A stretch of DNA of 64,000 nt. It comes from Scenedesmus sp. PABB004 (lineage: Eukaryota). The stretch lies in NCBI GenBank assembly GCA_014905635.1, contig JABVCE010000003.1:1550001-1614000 (forward strand). The letters run 5' to 3'. Position numbers and translations under genes: made by a program. Positions within the stretch are counted from its first letter, which is position 1. Each line of letters begins with the position of its first letter. The notes under the pieces were generated by a model, which did not search any database, had not been told where the DNA came from, and saw only the letters and a list, made by a program, of their open reading frames with translations. Positions 11,570 through 24,684 of the stretch are shown here, piece by piece.

Positions 11570-13103
11570 TCAGCTGTCCTGCGTGGCCTTCTTGCCCTTC
11601 TTCTTGGCCTGCTCGCCCTCCTGCTGCTTTTCCCGCTGCTTCTTCTCCTTCTTCTCCTTCTTCTTGTCCTTTGTCTTCTCCTTTTTCTCCTTCTTTTTGT
11701 CCTTCTGCTTGTCCTTCTGCTTGCCGTTTGCGGCCGCGCCGTCTTCCTGCTGCTGCTGCTGCTGCTGCGCCGGCTCCTGCTGCTGCTGCTGCTGCGCCGC
11801 GTCCTTGTGCCGCTTCTTGGCGGTCGGCGCGGAGCCGTTGCCCTCCTCCTGCTTGCGCTTCTTGGGCTTGGCCGCGCCGTTGGGCAGGGCCGAGTGCTGC
11901 TGCTTGCCGTCCCGCCGCTGCTTTTTGCCGCCGCGCGGCTGCGCCGCCGCCGCTGCCGCCGCCGCTGCGGCCGCCGCGAGCAGCTCCTGGCGCGCCGCCT
12001 GCCGCGACTCCGGCTGCGCCGCGCACAGGCCCGCGCCGTCCCCGAGCAGCGAGGCGTCCAGGTTGAACAGCACCTCCCCCTCGTCCGGGTCGGTCACGGG
12101 GCAGCTGGCGGCGCGCGGGGCGGGCGCGGGGTGTGGGCGGGGCGGGCGCGGCGTCAGCGCGCCGTGCGCGGCGGCGCGGCGCAGCGCGGCGGCGGCGGCG
12201 CGCCGCACCTGAGCACTCTGCAGGCCACCTGGTCGCCGATCATGATGGCCCGGCTGAAGTCGCCGCCGGGCACCCAGCAGTCGAGCTGCGGCGCGGGTCG
12301 GGCGGCGCGCGGGTCGGGCGGCCGCGGCGGCGGCGCCGCCGCCAGCGCGCCCCTGCTGCGTGCCCCTGCGCGCCGCAGCCGCGGCCGCGGCCGCGGCCGC
12401 GGCGCCTGCCCTAAACCCTCACGTCTGCGTCGTAGGCATAGCCCTCGGGCATCTGCGTGGCCGGGACGATGGCGTTGATGCCGCCCAGCACGAGCAGCCC
12501 GACCAGGCCCGGCGACAGCTTGTGCACGCGCCCGACTGCGGCGGCCGCGGCGGCGGGGGTCCGCGTCGGCGCGGACGGGGGAGGCGGGCCCCGCGGCGGC
12601 GGCGGCGGGTGGCGCGCGGGGCGGGGTGGGCGGGCGGGCGGGGCCGTGCCGCACCGAGCACGGCGCCCGGGTTGGGCTTGAACAGCACCAGGTCCGCGGC
12701 GGCCTGGATGGCCAGGTAGGGCATGTAGCTCGACACCAGCGCCTGCGTGCGCGCGCACGGGCGGGTCGGCGCGCGCGGCGGCGCAGCTCCTGGGCGGCCG
12801 CCCGCCCGTGCGCGCCAGCTTGGTGAGGATTTTGAGGTTCGTGTACGCCAGCAGCACCGCCTCCTGGTCCTCCATGTACCTGCGCAGCCCGGCGCGGGCC
12901 CGCGTGAGCCGGCGGCGCCGCGAGCGCCGGCCGGCGGCCGGCGGCAGCGGCGGCGCGCACCGCAGCAGGTGGTCGTCCAGCTCCTTGCGAACCCCCGCCT
13001 CCACGTTGGAGGAGAAGCCGGGTGGAACGAAGACGGTCAGACGCGCGCGGAGCCGGCGCACCAGGTGCAGGCACCGCGCGTCCAGCGAGGAGGAGGGCGG
13101 CAT
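11570..13103 (-). CDS. RPA43: RNA polymerase I subunit RPA43-like (RPB7 family), ~6 exons, Lys-rich C-terminal tail
   Basis: LTVFVPPGF...VRKELDDHLLRYMEDQEAVLLAY.NLKI...PYLAIQAAADLVLFKPNPGAVLVGRVHKLSPGLVGLLVLGGINAIVP...GDQV; basic KKEKK tail typical of A43. Confidence 0.8.
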
Positions 13104-13796
13104 GGCGGCTGCCCCGCGCCCGCCCGGCGCGCTGGTGAGACCGTTCGCTGCTCCGGCGAGTGGGGCAGGTCACTCTGCTGCAGGTGCCCCGGCGCTGCCG
13201 CGCGAGCTCGACCGTGGGCGCCGGGCGCGCGTGCCGACGGCGCGGTGCTGCCGCGCGTATTCGGCGGTGTTGGCGTGGGGCGCTGCGCTCTGTGGCGCCT
13301 GCCAGCCCGCTGCTGGACGCCGGCAGCGCAGCGCGGCGCCGCGCCAAGCGCCGCCGCGGCCGCCCGACTGCCGCGCGACCGCCGCCGGCCGCCGCAGCCC
13401 CCGTGCTGCAGGTTGCCCGCTGACGCCGCGCGCTGCAGCTGCAGCTGCGCGATGGTGTGCCGGTGCGCGCGTCGGCGCCTCGCGCGCGCCGCTGGCTCTG
13501 GCGTGCCGTGCGCTGCGCGCCGGCTGCTGAGCTCGCGGCGCAGCGCCCGAGATAATCACGGCAGACGCGCGCCGGTGACCGGCGGCGGCACCAACAGCAG
13601 TGCACGGGCGCGTGCCAGAGTCAACAACTCGCGCCTGCCCTCAGCTCAGCTGGCGAGTGCGGGCTGGCAGCGCCGCGCAGGCAGCTGCAGTGAGGCACGC
13701 AGCACGAGGCAGCAGCCCTCACGCAGCAGCACGAGGCGGCAGCCCTCACGCAGCAGCGCGGCGCGCAGGGGAGCCGAGGCTTTCCGGGGGGTTGGT

Positions 13797-13812
13797 GGTG
13801 TTGAAAAACACC
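13797..13812 (-). terminator. Histone mRNA 3' stem-loop (H2A copy 1)
   Basis: AAAAT-GGTGTT TTTC AACACC-ACCA. Confidence 0.9.
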
Positions 13813-13924
13813 ATTTTTTTGGGTGCGCTCGCGCGCGGGCGGCCGGCCAGTGGCGCGGCGCCCGCGGCGGCTGGCGCCACTGCCGGAGCAGCAGCACCGG
13901 GTGTGGCCGGGCGTCGCTGCCGGT

Positions 13925-14314
13925 TTACTCGGCGGCGGCCTCGCCCTTCTTGCCCTTCTTGGGCAGGAGCATGGTGTGGATGTTGGGCAGCACGCCGCCG
14001 GAGGCGATGGTCACGGTGCCCAGGAGCTTGGAGAGCTCCTCGTCGTTGCGGATGGCGAGCTGGATGTGGCGGGGGATGATGCGGTTCTTCTTGTTGTCGC
14101 GCGCGGCGTTGCCGGCCAGCTCCAGCACCTCGGCCGCGAGGTACTCGAGCACCGCCGCGAGGTACACGGGCGCGCCCGCGCCGATGCGCTCGGCGTAGCG
14201 GCCCTTCTTCAGGTAGCGCGCCAGGCGGCCCACGGGGAACTGCAGGCCCGCCTTGGAGGAGCGGGACACCGCCTTGCCCTTGGCCTTGCCGGCCGCCTTG
14301 CCGCGCCCAGACAT
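13925..14314 (-). CDS. H2A: Histone H2A (intronless)
   Basis: [14 protein letters not shown]...[40 protein letters not shown]. Confidence 0.99.
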   Translation of the reverse strand: MSGRGKAAGKAKGKAVSRSSKAGLQFPVGRLARYLKKGRYAERIGAGAPVYLAAVLEYLAAEVLELAGNAARDNKKNRIIPRHIQLAIRNDEELSKLLGTVTIASGGVLPNIHTMLLPKKGKKGEAAAE

Positions 14315-14399
14315 GGTGGCTGCTGATTCGGGGTGGGGGTTGACTGCGGGGTGCTGGGTCGCTGCTACAGCGGTGTTGCCGGCGGCGGGCCCGTGAGGG

Positions 14400-14540
14400 C
14401 GCTCATATACGCGCCCACGCCAGCGAGGAGGCGGGCGGGCGGCAGCGACGGCTCGAGCTCAGGCGGGGCGGTCTCGCGCTCTGAGCTGAGCTGAGTGCGG
14501 CGCGCACGTTGTTGCCCCGCGCCCCGCCCTACAAAAGGCC
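14400..14540. promoter_or_regulatory. Bidirectional H2A/H2B promoter with TATA-like boxes and CTGAG repeats
   Basis: TATATG on - (14404-14409), TACAAAA on + (14530-14536), CTGAGCTGAGCTGAG at 14481-14495; near-identical in all three copies. Confidence 0.6.
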
Positions 14541-14619
14541 CGGCCCCGCCCCCCGGCGCCCAACCCGTGCCCTCGTCGCACCCAGACGCACCCCCCGCAC
14601 CCCCCACCAGCCCGGCACC

Positions 14620-14985
14620 ATGGCCCCCAAGGCCGCTGAGAAGGCTCCGGCCAAGGCGCCCGCCAAGAAGACCACCGACGGCAAGGGCAAGAAGAAGAAG
14701 GTCTCCAAGGCCGAGACCTACAAGATTTACATCTACAAGGTGCTCAAGCAGGTGCACCCCGACACCGGCATCAGCTCCAAGGCGATGTCCATCATGAACA
14801 GCTTCATCAACGACATCTTTGAGAAGATTGCCGGCGAGGCCTCCCGCCTGGCCCGCTACAACAAGAAGCCCACCATCACCTCGCGCGAGATCCAGACCGC
14901 CGTGCGCCTCATCCTGCCCGGCGAGCTCGCCAAGCACGCCGTGTCTGAGGGCACCAAGGCCGTGACCAAGTTCACCTCCGCCTAA
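14620..14985 (+). CDS. H2B: Histone H2B (intronless)
   Basis: MAPKAAEK...[37 protein letters not shown]...[22 protein letters not shown]. Confidence 0.99.
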   Translation: MAPKAAEKAPAKAPAKKTTDGKGKKKKVSKAETYKIYIYKVLKQVHPDTGISSKAMSIMNSFINDIFEKIAGEASRLARYNKKPTITSREIQTAVRLILPGELAKHAVSEGTKAVTKFTSA

Positions 14986-15071
14986 GCGCGCCCCCGGCGG
15001 CACCCGGCTGTGCCACACGCGCGCGCTGTGCCAGCCGCGGCGCGGCGGCGGCGGCCAACCCCCCTCAAAAT

Positions 15072-15087
15072 GGTGTTTTTCAACACC
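15072..15087 (+). terminator. Histone mRNA 3' stem-loop (H2B copy 1)
   Basis: AAAAT-GGTGTT TTTC AACACC-ACCA. Confidence 0.9.
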
Positions 15088-15674
15088 ACCACCCCGGCCT
15101 GGAAAGCAGCAACGCTGCGCGCGCGCGTGCTGGCGGGCCGCAGCGGTGCGGGCGCAGCAGCAGCAGCGCGCGCGCCCAGCCTGCAGCAGCACGGCGACCC
15201 TCAGCTGGCTGCGGCAGCGCGTCGGGGCGCGCGTGGCCCGCTGCAGCAGTGTGCGTGCGCGCAGCTGCCGGGGACGCTGGCTGCGTCGGCGCAGGCCGCA
15301 CGCGCGCGCTGCGCCTGGGCGCGCGCCCGCACCGCCGCTGAGACCTGGCGCCGTGACGGCGCCGCCGCGCGGTGCGACTGGCTGGTCGTCGGCGCCCGCT
15401 CCCGCGCTCGGGCAGACCCCGGCCTCCTCGCCCGCGCGCGCACGCCTCGGCTGGCGGGCGCCCAGGCCTGCGCCAGGCCCGCCGCGGAGGCATCCCCGGC
15501 CGCTGCTCCGGCCGCCGCGCCCGCCCGCCGCCTCGCGGCCGGCCCACGCGCCCGCATTCCGGTGCCATCAAGCTCAGCGGTCACGCCGCGTGCCTCTCCG
15601 CGGCCAGGCGCGCGCACGGCAGGCCGGCGTGGGCGCAGCAGCAGCGCCGCCCTCTGAGGGCGGCAGCAGCTGCC

Positions 15675-18600
15675 ATGCCTCGCTCTGGGCCGCGAGAGCG
15701 GCCGGGCGCGAGGATCACCTGCGCCTGCGGCCACTGGCCGTGCCCGATGGAGGTCGCGCTCGAGTTCCTGGCTCGCGGAGAGGCCGCCGCAGAGAGCGGC
15801 GAGCCCGCCTGCTTCTGCTGCTCTTTCGCCCCGCTCCAAGACGGCATGAATCAGCTGCTCGACGCTGTGTTGGGTTCCAGGGAGGGAGAGCCGCTGGGGC
15901 ACGACTCGCTGGCGTTGGGGCGCACGCTGACCGACGGCGTGGCGCGCGCGCTGCGCCTGTTCGCGACCTGCGCCGGCAGCTCAGACGGCTGCAGCTCAGA
16001 CGCCTGCAAGGGGCTGCGCCACCCCCAGATGGCGGCAGCTGCGGTGCTGGCCGTCAGTCATGGCGCCGCGTCGCTGTATTCACTGTGTGTCGGGGCGATG
16101 GCGGAGAGCGAGCCGGGCTGGCAGGCGTGGCTCGCCTCGGACGCCGTCGCTGCAGGTGCGCGCGGCGGGGACTCCGCGGGCAGCTCGCCTGCGCGCGGTG
16201 GATGCTCAGTCGGCCCTCCCCCACTGCCCCGCCGCGCCGCCGCCGCTCAGGCCTCATCCCAGCGCTCGGCGCAGCGGCGCCCTGCCTGGCGGCCCTCATC
16301 CGCGCGGCTGGCGCGCAGCAGCAGGGTGGCGCCGCGGCGCCGCAGCAGGAGCTGCTCCACCCGGCGTCGCCACTGCGGCTGGCGCCGCTGGCCCCCAGCC
16401 TGCTTGCAGCGGTGTACGCGGCGGCCCTGTGGGGCAGGGTGTCAATGCTGCGCTGCGGCCTCGTATGCGAGTCGGGCGTGCTCCCTGCCCCGCTCGGCTC
16501 GCTGGACAGGCAGCTGGCGTCAGCGCTGCAGCCGGTGACAGAGCTGGTGCTAGCAGCGCTGCACGCGTGGGAGAGCAGGCCCGGCGGCAGCGGCGGCGGC
16601 GGCGGCAGCGGCGGCAGAGCGGCTCAGCGGGCCAGCCGGCGCGGCGCCACACGCTGGCCGCACGACCTGGACGACACGGGCAAGAGGTCGTGGGGCCTTG
16701 TGGTTGAGGCCGCCACGGTCGTCAGCCAGGCCAGCTGCATCTTTCTGAGCAAGCTCGCCAGCCCCGCGCTTGACGGCGGCGCGGCGAGCACCCGTGCGCC
16801 GGGCCTGCCGCTCGCGCTGCTGCAGCAGCTGGCGTCGGCGCCCAGCGTGCTGGCGTGCGCGTGCGCCTTGCTCAGCATCGCCGCCCGAGACCTGCATGTG
16901 CTCCAGCGCAGCGTGGCTGGCTGGCCGGCGGGGGGCGGCGCCGGCGCGCTGGCGGTGCCGGCCTGGCACGACGAGCTGTTTGGCGCGCTGGGCCTGCCCG
17001 CGCTGGTCCACATCACGCGCGTGAACAACGACAGCGACGACGAGGCGTTCAGGCGGTGCAGCAACAACTGCAGGTGTGCGTTCGACGGCGCCACCACCGT
17101 GCTGCGCCTGATGGCGACGGCGGCGGAGCAGCCAGGCGACGCCGGCGCCAGCACCGCCTCCAGCGGCCAGGCCGAGGCAGCGGCAGCGCTGCGGGGCACA
17201 CTGATGCTGGCGGCGGTGCAGCTGCTGGCGCTCAAGCCGGAGCTGGCCGTGCTGGCGCCCTGCACTGCCCTGCTGGACGCGCTGTCACCTGCCGGCTCCC
17301 CGCCAGACGTGGCAGCCAGCGAGGCGGCGAGCACAGCCTTCCTGCTGCTGGGCCCAGCGGCCGCCCACGCGCTGCGCAGCGGGCTGGAGCTGCGCAGCTG
17401 ACGCAGGCTGTGCGGGGCAGAGCCGATTCAGGGCTGGTGCTGGCGCACGTGCAGAGGCAGCTGGGCAGCCTGGCCAGCGACGTGCTGCGCGCGCTGCGCG
17501 CAGGTGAGGGCGCGCACGCACATACGCGCCAGGGCAGCTTGCCAGCAGTTTGACTCCTGAGCCGCCGCCGCCCCCGCTCGCCGCCGCCCTGCTGCAGGCG
17601 GGCCGGGCCTGGCAGCCGCGCTGCGGACTGACGTGGCGCTCGTGGGCCTGGAGGCGCTGGTGAGGGCTGTGCAGGTGGGCGCGCTGGCGGCGCAGGGCGA
17701 CACCGAGGAGCAGAACACAGCTTTCCACTGGCTCTGCGCATCGGATGGTGAGTTTTACGACACACACCAGGAGCTCGTGGATGCCATCAACAGAGCCGCT
17801 GTTGCGCACCCAGAGTGCACGGGGCCAGCGGCGGCAGCGGCGGAGACAGCGGAGCAGCTGTGCGGGGCGCTGTCGGTCGTGCACGCCGCTGCCCAGGCGG
17901 CGGCGCCGCCGCCTGGCAGCGCAGCCGGGCGCAGCGCGAGCACTTCCCAGGAGCAGCTCGCGCTGCTGGCGCTGCTGCTGTACGCGCTCAGGTGCTCGGC
18001 CAGCGCCTTCAACCGGCTGGACGCCCCGCAGGGCGCTGCGTGCAGCGCGCGCGTCGCGCTCGGCGCAGCTGCTGCCGCACGCGCTGGTGCGGCGCTGGCG
18101 TGTGCGGCGGGCGCGGCGCCGCAGCAGGCTCGCAGCGCTGCCAGCAGCAGCACCGCCAGCAGCAGCCGGCGCAGCGGGGCCAAGGCCAACGCCCTGGGCG
18201 CGGAGAGCCTGCAGCAGCTGGCGGCGGTGCTGGTGGGGCGCGCCCTGCTGGTCGCTGGCGCGCAGCTGCAGCGCGCAGCTGCCGGCGCGATCGGCCGCGG
18301 CGCCCCCGTGCCGCCGCCGCCCGAGCCAGCGGCCCTGGAGGAGTGCAGCGCTGCCGCCGCACGCCTGCTGCAGGCGGCGCCGGGCCTGCCGCGGCGCGCG
18401 CGTGCCGCGCTGGAGGCAGCGCAGAGCGAGCTGGGCGGCGCGGGCGAGCCGGCGGGGCAACCTGGCGGCGCGGCGGGCCAGGCGGCGGCGCTGCAGCGGC
18501 TGGGGCAGGCGCTGTGCGCTGAGTGCGTGCTGCCCTCCCTGGCCGACTGCAACAACCCCACCTGCACCTCGATGGGGAGCATGGGCAAGGGCTCGCGCTG

Positions 18601-18785
18601 CAGCGGCTGCAAGGCCGCCCGCTACTGCTGCAAGGAGGTGCGGCGCCTGCGGGCGGGGGCCCAGCGCAGCTCAGCGCCTGCACCGCTGCTGACGCGCGCG
18701 CTGCGCCGCCACCTGCTCGCAGTGTCAGACCGCGCACTGGCCGCAGCACAAGGCGGCGTGCAAGCGGCTGAGCCGGGCGGGCTGA
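15675..18785 (+). pseudogene. Ala-rich protein with C-terminal MYND zinc finger; apparent frameshift/stop near 17390-17401 (possible pseudogene)
   Basis: Spliced C-terminus CNNPTC...RCSGCKAARYCCKE|CQTAHWPQHKAACK (intron 18638-18722) is a MYND finger. Introns ~16157-16250 and ~17503-17597. Exon 2 stops at 17401 while coding-like sequence continues in another frame. Confidence 0.65.
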
Positions 18786-18925
18786 CGGAGCGGCGGCGAG
18801 GTGCAGGTTGACGAGTTGCTGAGCCGCGTGTTGCTGCTTTGCGCGTTGGCCGCGGCTGCCGCTGGCAACACAGGCCCACCGCCGCGTGCGCTGCCACGTC
18901 AGAGCAGCCTTTCCAGGGGCTTGGT

Positions 18926-18941
18926 GGTGTTGAAAAACACC
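18926..18941 (-). terminator. Histone mRNA 3' stem-loop (H3 copy 1)
   Basis: Same 16-nt hairpin with AAAAT/ACCA flanks. Confidence 0.9.
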
Positions 18942-19095
18942 ATTTTGGGGGTTGCTGCCAGGCGCCGGTGGCCGCCGACAGCGCGCCGACAGACGCCAGC
19001 AGCGCCCCTGCAGGGCCCTGCCGCCGTCGCCGCCGCGGTCAGCGGGCCGGCGCCGGGCGCACGCGCAGGCCGGCGCCGGTGGTGGCGGCGGCTGC

Positions 19096-20096
<1,001 letters not shown>

Positions 20097-20194
20097 GCGG
20101 ATCGCCCACCAGCGACCGCCCGCCGGCGCGCCGGCGCCGGCTGCTGTGGGTCCCAAGCCCGCAGCCCGGCCGCCGGCGCTGCCAACCCCAAAAT

Positions 20195-20210
20195 GGTGTT
20201 TTTCAACACC
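20195..20210 (+). terminator. Histone mRNA 3' stem-loop (H4 copy 1)
   Basis: Same 16-nt hairpin. Confidence 0.9.
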
Positions 20211-20977
20211 ACCAGCCTGTTTGGAAGGTCGCGCCCGCTGCAGCAACCCTGCTGCGCTGCATGCTGCTCGCGCGCGCGCGTGTGCGCAAGCTGCCAAATG
20301 GCGCGTGCGGACAGCTCCAGCCCGGTGCCAGAGCAGCCAAATAGAGAATTGGGCGCTGCCGCCGCGCCGTCGGCCCGCGCGCTCGATCGCTGCCCGTGCC
20401 GCTCGCGCAACGTCCCGCAGACGCTGCAGCACACCGCCAAGCACCGCTCGCTGCGGCAGAGAGCGTTGCGTGCGCTGCGTGTTCGATCGCCCCCGGCTTT
20501 GCCTCAAGGGCGGGCACGCACACCAGCCAGGACGCGCGCCGCCCGCGCAGGCACGCCGCGCGTCGCCGCCCGTGCCCCGATGAGCGGCGGACGCAGCCGC
20601 GCCGTCACCGCCTGAGCAGATTGCCTGGCAGGGGTTGGTCCTCGCGTGGACGCGCTCACCCAGCTCTTGTCGGCGCGGAGGAGCCGGGCGGGGCTAGCTG
20701 ATGCCGCGGCCATCGATGACCGCCCGCCGCCCGCAGCCCGGGGCCCAGGCAGCCTGGGCAGGCTTCCGGCCGTTCCGGCGAGGCTCGTAGTGTCTCACGC
20801 GCGTGCCGTGGTGGCTGGGGGCCGTCCCATGCCGGCGGGGTGCGCGGCGCTCACACGCGCTCAACTCAGCTCGGCCGCGCCGGGGGCCGCCGCGTATAAA
20901 GCCGGCGCTGCGCCGGCCCCCGGCCAACTCCGTCGACACCCCCTGTCGATCCGCCACGTCCCGCACCGATCGCAACC

Positions 20978-21919
20978 ATGTCTGACGCCCCCGCGCCCGC
21001 CCAGGCGCCCGCCAAGGCCAAGGCGCCCGCCAAGCCGCGCGCCAAGCCCGCCCACCCGCCCACGGGCGAGCTGGTGGTGGCCGCAATCGTGGCGCTCAAG
21101 GAGCGCATGGGCTCCAGCGTGCCCGCCATCAAGAAGCACATCGCCGCCAACCACAAGGTGCGCGGCGCCGCGGCGCCGCCAGAGGCGCCCCCTCGCCCCC
21201 TGCGGGTCGCCCCAGCTGTCAGCCAACGCCCCCTCGCGCGCCGGCCGGCGCTGCGCTGCCGCAGCCGGGCCGGCGGCAGCGCTGTTGTTGACCCCGGCAG
21301 CGCGCGCACCGGCGCCAGCATGCCGCGCGGGCGCCCCCCCCCCCCTGCCCCCCGCGCGCGCGCGCGCGCGCGCGACCTGCAACTCCGCACCTGCTGTCGC
21401 TCACCTCCCCGCCGCCCGCGCCCGCGCCTGCCGCTGCTGCCGTGACGTGCGCAGGGCCTGGCGCCGGGCTGGGAGAAGCGCGTCAACGCGAGCATCAAGC
21501 ACCTCACCGAGAAGGGCAAGATCGTCAAGGCCAAGGGCCACTTCCGGCTCGCCGCCGCGGCCAAGAAGGCCGCCGCCAAGCCCAAGCCCGCCAAGAAGGC
21601 CGTGGCCAAGAAGGCCGCCACGCCCAAGAAGCCCAAGGCCGCGGGCGCCGCCAAGCCCAAGAAGGCCGCCGCCAAGAAGACGCCCACCAAGGCCAAGAAG
21701 CCCGCCGCCGCCAAGCCCAAGGTGGTCAAGAAGGCGACCAAGAAGACGCCCACCAAGGCCAAGAAGCCCGCCGCCGCCAAGAAGCCCGCCGCCAAGAAGC
21801 CCGCCGCCGCCAAGAAGCCGGCGGTCAAGAAGCCCGCCGCGGCGAAGAAGCCCGCCGCCAAGAAGCCCGCCGCCAAGAAGCCCGCCGCCAAGAAGCCCGC
21901 CGCTGCCAAGAAGGCGTAA
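20978..21919 (+). CDS. H1: Linker histone H1 (exons 20978-21157, 21455-21919)
   Basis: [67 protein letters not shown] globular domain plus KKPAA-repeat tail; TATAAA at 20895. Confidence 0.95.
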
Positions 21920-21971
21920 ATCGGCAGCCGCCGGCCCGAGCCCGTGCCCCCGCGCACGTTTCTCCTAAAAT

Positions 21972-21987
21972 GGTGTTTTTCAACACC
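21972..21987 (+). terminator. Histone mRNA 3' stem-loop (H1)
   Basis: Same 16-nt hairpin. Confidence 0.9.
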
Positions 21988-22149
21988 ACCACACCCCGGC
22001 TTGGAAAGGCTCGAGCGCACCGTGCGCACCGTTCCTGAGCAGGGTGCGCCGGCGCAGCTGCTGCCTTTGTTCTGCGGATCCAAGCTGCGGGGCGTGCCAC
22101 CGCCGCCCTGCGCCCGCGGCGCAGGCACGTTCGCGTCGGCGCCCTGCCG

Positions 22150-22830
22150 ACCGAGCGCAGGCCATGTTGCTGCTGGCCGCTGCTGCAGCTCCTCGGCGAG
22201 CCCAGGCCCGGGCAGGCCGCGCGCTGCACTGCCGCTGCGGCCAGCAGCTGCGCGCGCTCCGCCTCCAGCGCAGCTGCTCGACCCGCTGCCGCAGCTCGTC
22301 CGCTCCCCGCGCCGCATCAGCTGCGCAGCTCAGCCGCACGCAGCGCCGCCTCGAGCGCAGCGTGGCTGGCCGCCGCTGCCTCGCCCCTGGCCGCGGCAGC
22401 CTCAAAGGCCCGCCTGTAACGGAGCAGGCTGATGCCGTCGCGCTCTAGCTGCGCGGCGCGCGCCGTCGCGGCTGCCAGCTGGGCCTCGAGGCGCCGCTGG
22501 TGCTGTCGCAGCGCGCGCACGCAGCTGCTGCCGCCCGGCGCCGACAGGCCGCCCACACCGCCCTGCCGCGCCGGCGAGCACGCTGCTGGCGCAGCCACTG
22601 CCGCCGCCACCGCCTCCACCTCCGTCGCAAGCGGGCGCGAGGCTGCAGGAGCGCGGCGCGCGCTCGCGAGCTGCAGCTCTGCGTCTGCCAGCTGCGCGGC
22701 CAGCGCCGCTGCAGCCTGCTGGGCCTCGTCCACGCGAGCCTCCGCCGCGCGCAGGGCTGCGTCGCACGCCTCGGCCACATCATGCTGGTCGCCACCGGCC
22801 TGGGCGCAGCGGTGGCTCGCTGGCCGCAGG
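22150..22830 (-). pseudogene. Frameshifted partial duplicate of exon 2 of the coiled-coil gene at 48087-50085
   Basis: DVAEACDAALRAAEARVDEAQQAAAALAAQLADAELQLAS...LERDGISLLRYRRAFEAAA is shared with ~49150-49800; small deletion gives AELRS* versus AELRAADAARG; the upstream acceptor region is retained. Confidence 0.8.
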
Positions 22831-23259
22831 GCAGCGCCCTGCCAGGCAATCTGCTCAGGCGGTGACGGCGCGGCTGCGTCCGCCGCTCATCGGGGCACGG
22901 GCGGCGACGCGCGGCGTGCCTGCGCGGGCGGCGCGCGTCCTGGCTGGTGTGCGTGCCCGCCCTTGAGGCAAAGCCGGGGGCGATCGAACACGCAGCGCAC
23001 GCAACGCTCTCTGCCGCAGCGAGCGGTGCTTGGCGGTGTGCTGCAGCGTCTGCGGGACGTTGCGCGAGCGGCACGGGCAGCGATCGAGCGCGCGGGCCGA
23101 CGGCGCGGCGGCAGCGCCCAATTCTCTATTTGGCTGCTCTGGCACCGGGCTGGAGCTGTCCGCACGCGCCATTTGGCAGCTTGCGCACACGCGCGCGCGC
23201 GAGCAGCATGCAGCGCAGCAGGGTTGCTGCAGCGGGCGCGACCTTCCAAACAGGCTGGT

Positions 23260-23275
23260 GGTGTTGAAAAACACC
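23260..23275 (-). terminator. Histone mRNA 3' stem-loop (H4 copy 2)
   Basis: Same hairpin. Confidence 0.9.
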
Positions 23276-23373
23276 ATTTTGGGGTTGGCAGCGCCGGCGG
23301 CCGGGCTGCGGGCTTGGGACCCACAGCAGCCGGCGCCGGCGCGCCGGCGGGCGGTCGCTGGTGGGCGATCCGC

Positions 23374-23802
<429 letters not shown>

Positions 23803-23885
23803 TCAGGGTCGCTCGCGCTCAGCCGGCACCTGAGCGGTCGGGAGTTTGGCGGGAGAGCGGCCCCCCTCGCGCCGGCGCCTCATAA

Positions 23886-24374
<489 letters not shown>

Positions 24375-24528
24375 GCAGCCGCCGCCACCACCGGCGCCGG
24401 CCTGCGCGTGCGCCCGGCGCCGGCCCGCTGACCGCGGCGGCGACGGCGGCAGGGCCCTGCAGGGGCGCTGCTGGCGTCTGTCGGCGCGCTGTCGGCGGCC
24501 ACCGGCGCCTGGCAGCAACCCCCAAAAT

Positions 24529-24544
24529 GGTGTTTTTCAACACC
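24529..24544 (+). terminator. Histone mRNA 3' stem-loop (H3 copy 2)
   Basis: Same hairpin. Confidence 0.9.
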
Positions 24545-24684
24545 ACCAAGCCCCTGGAAAGGCTGCTCTGACGTGGCAGCGCACGCGGCGGTGGGCCTGT
24601 GTTGCCAGCGGCAGCCGCGGCCAACGCGCAAAGCAGCAACACGCGGCTCAGCAACTCGTCAACCTGCACCTCGCCGCCGCTCCG

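Noticed and set aside
14509..14619. N-terminal extension of H2B in the ORF track (also 28863-28973 and 61383-61493)
   Set aside because: Starts at a non-ATG codon and spans the TATA/5' UTR; the true start is accATGGCCCCCAAG
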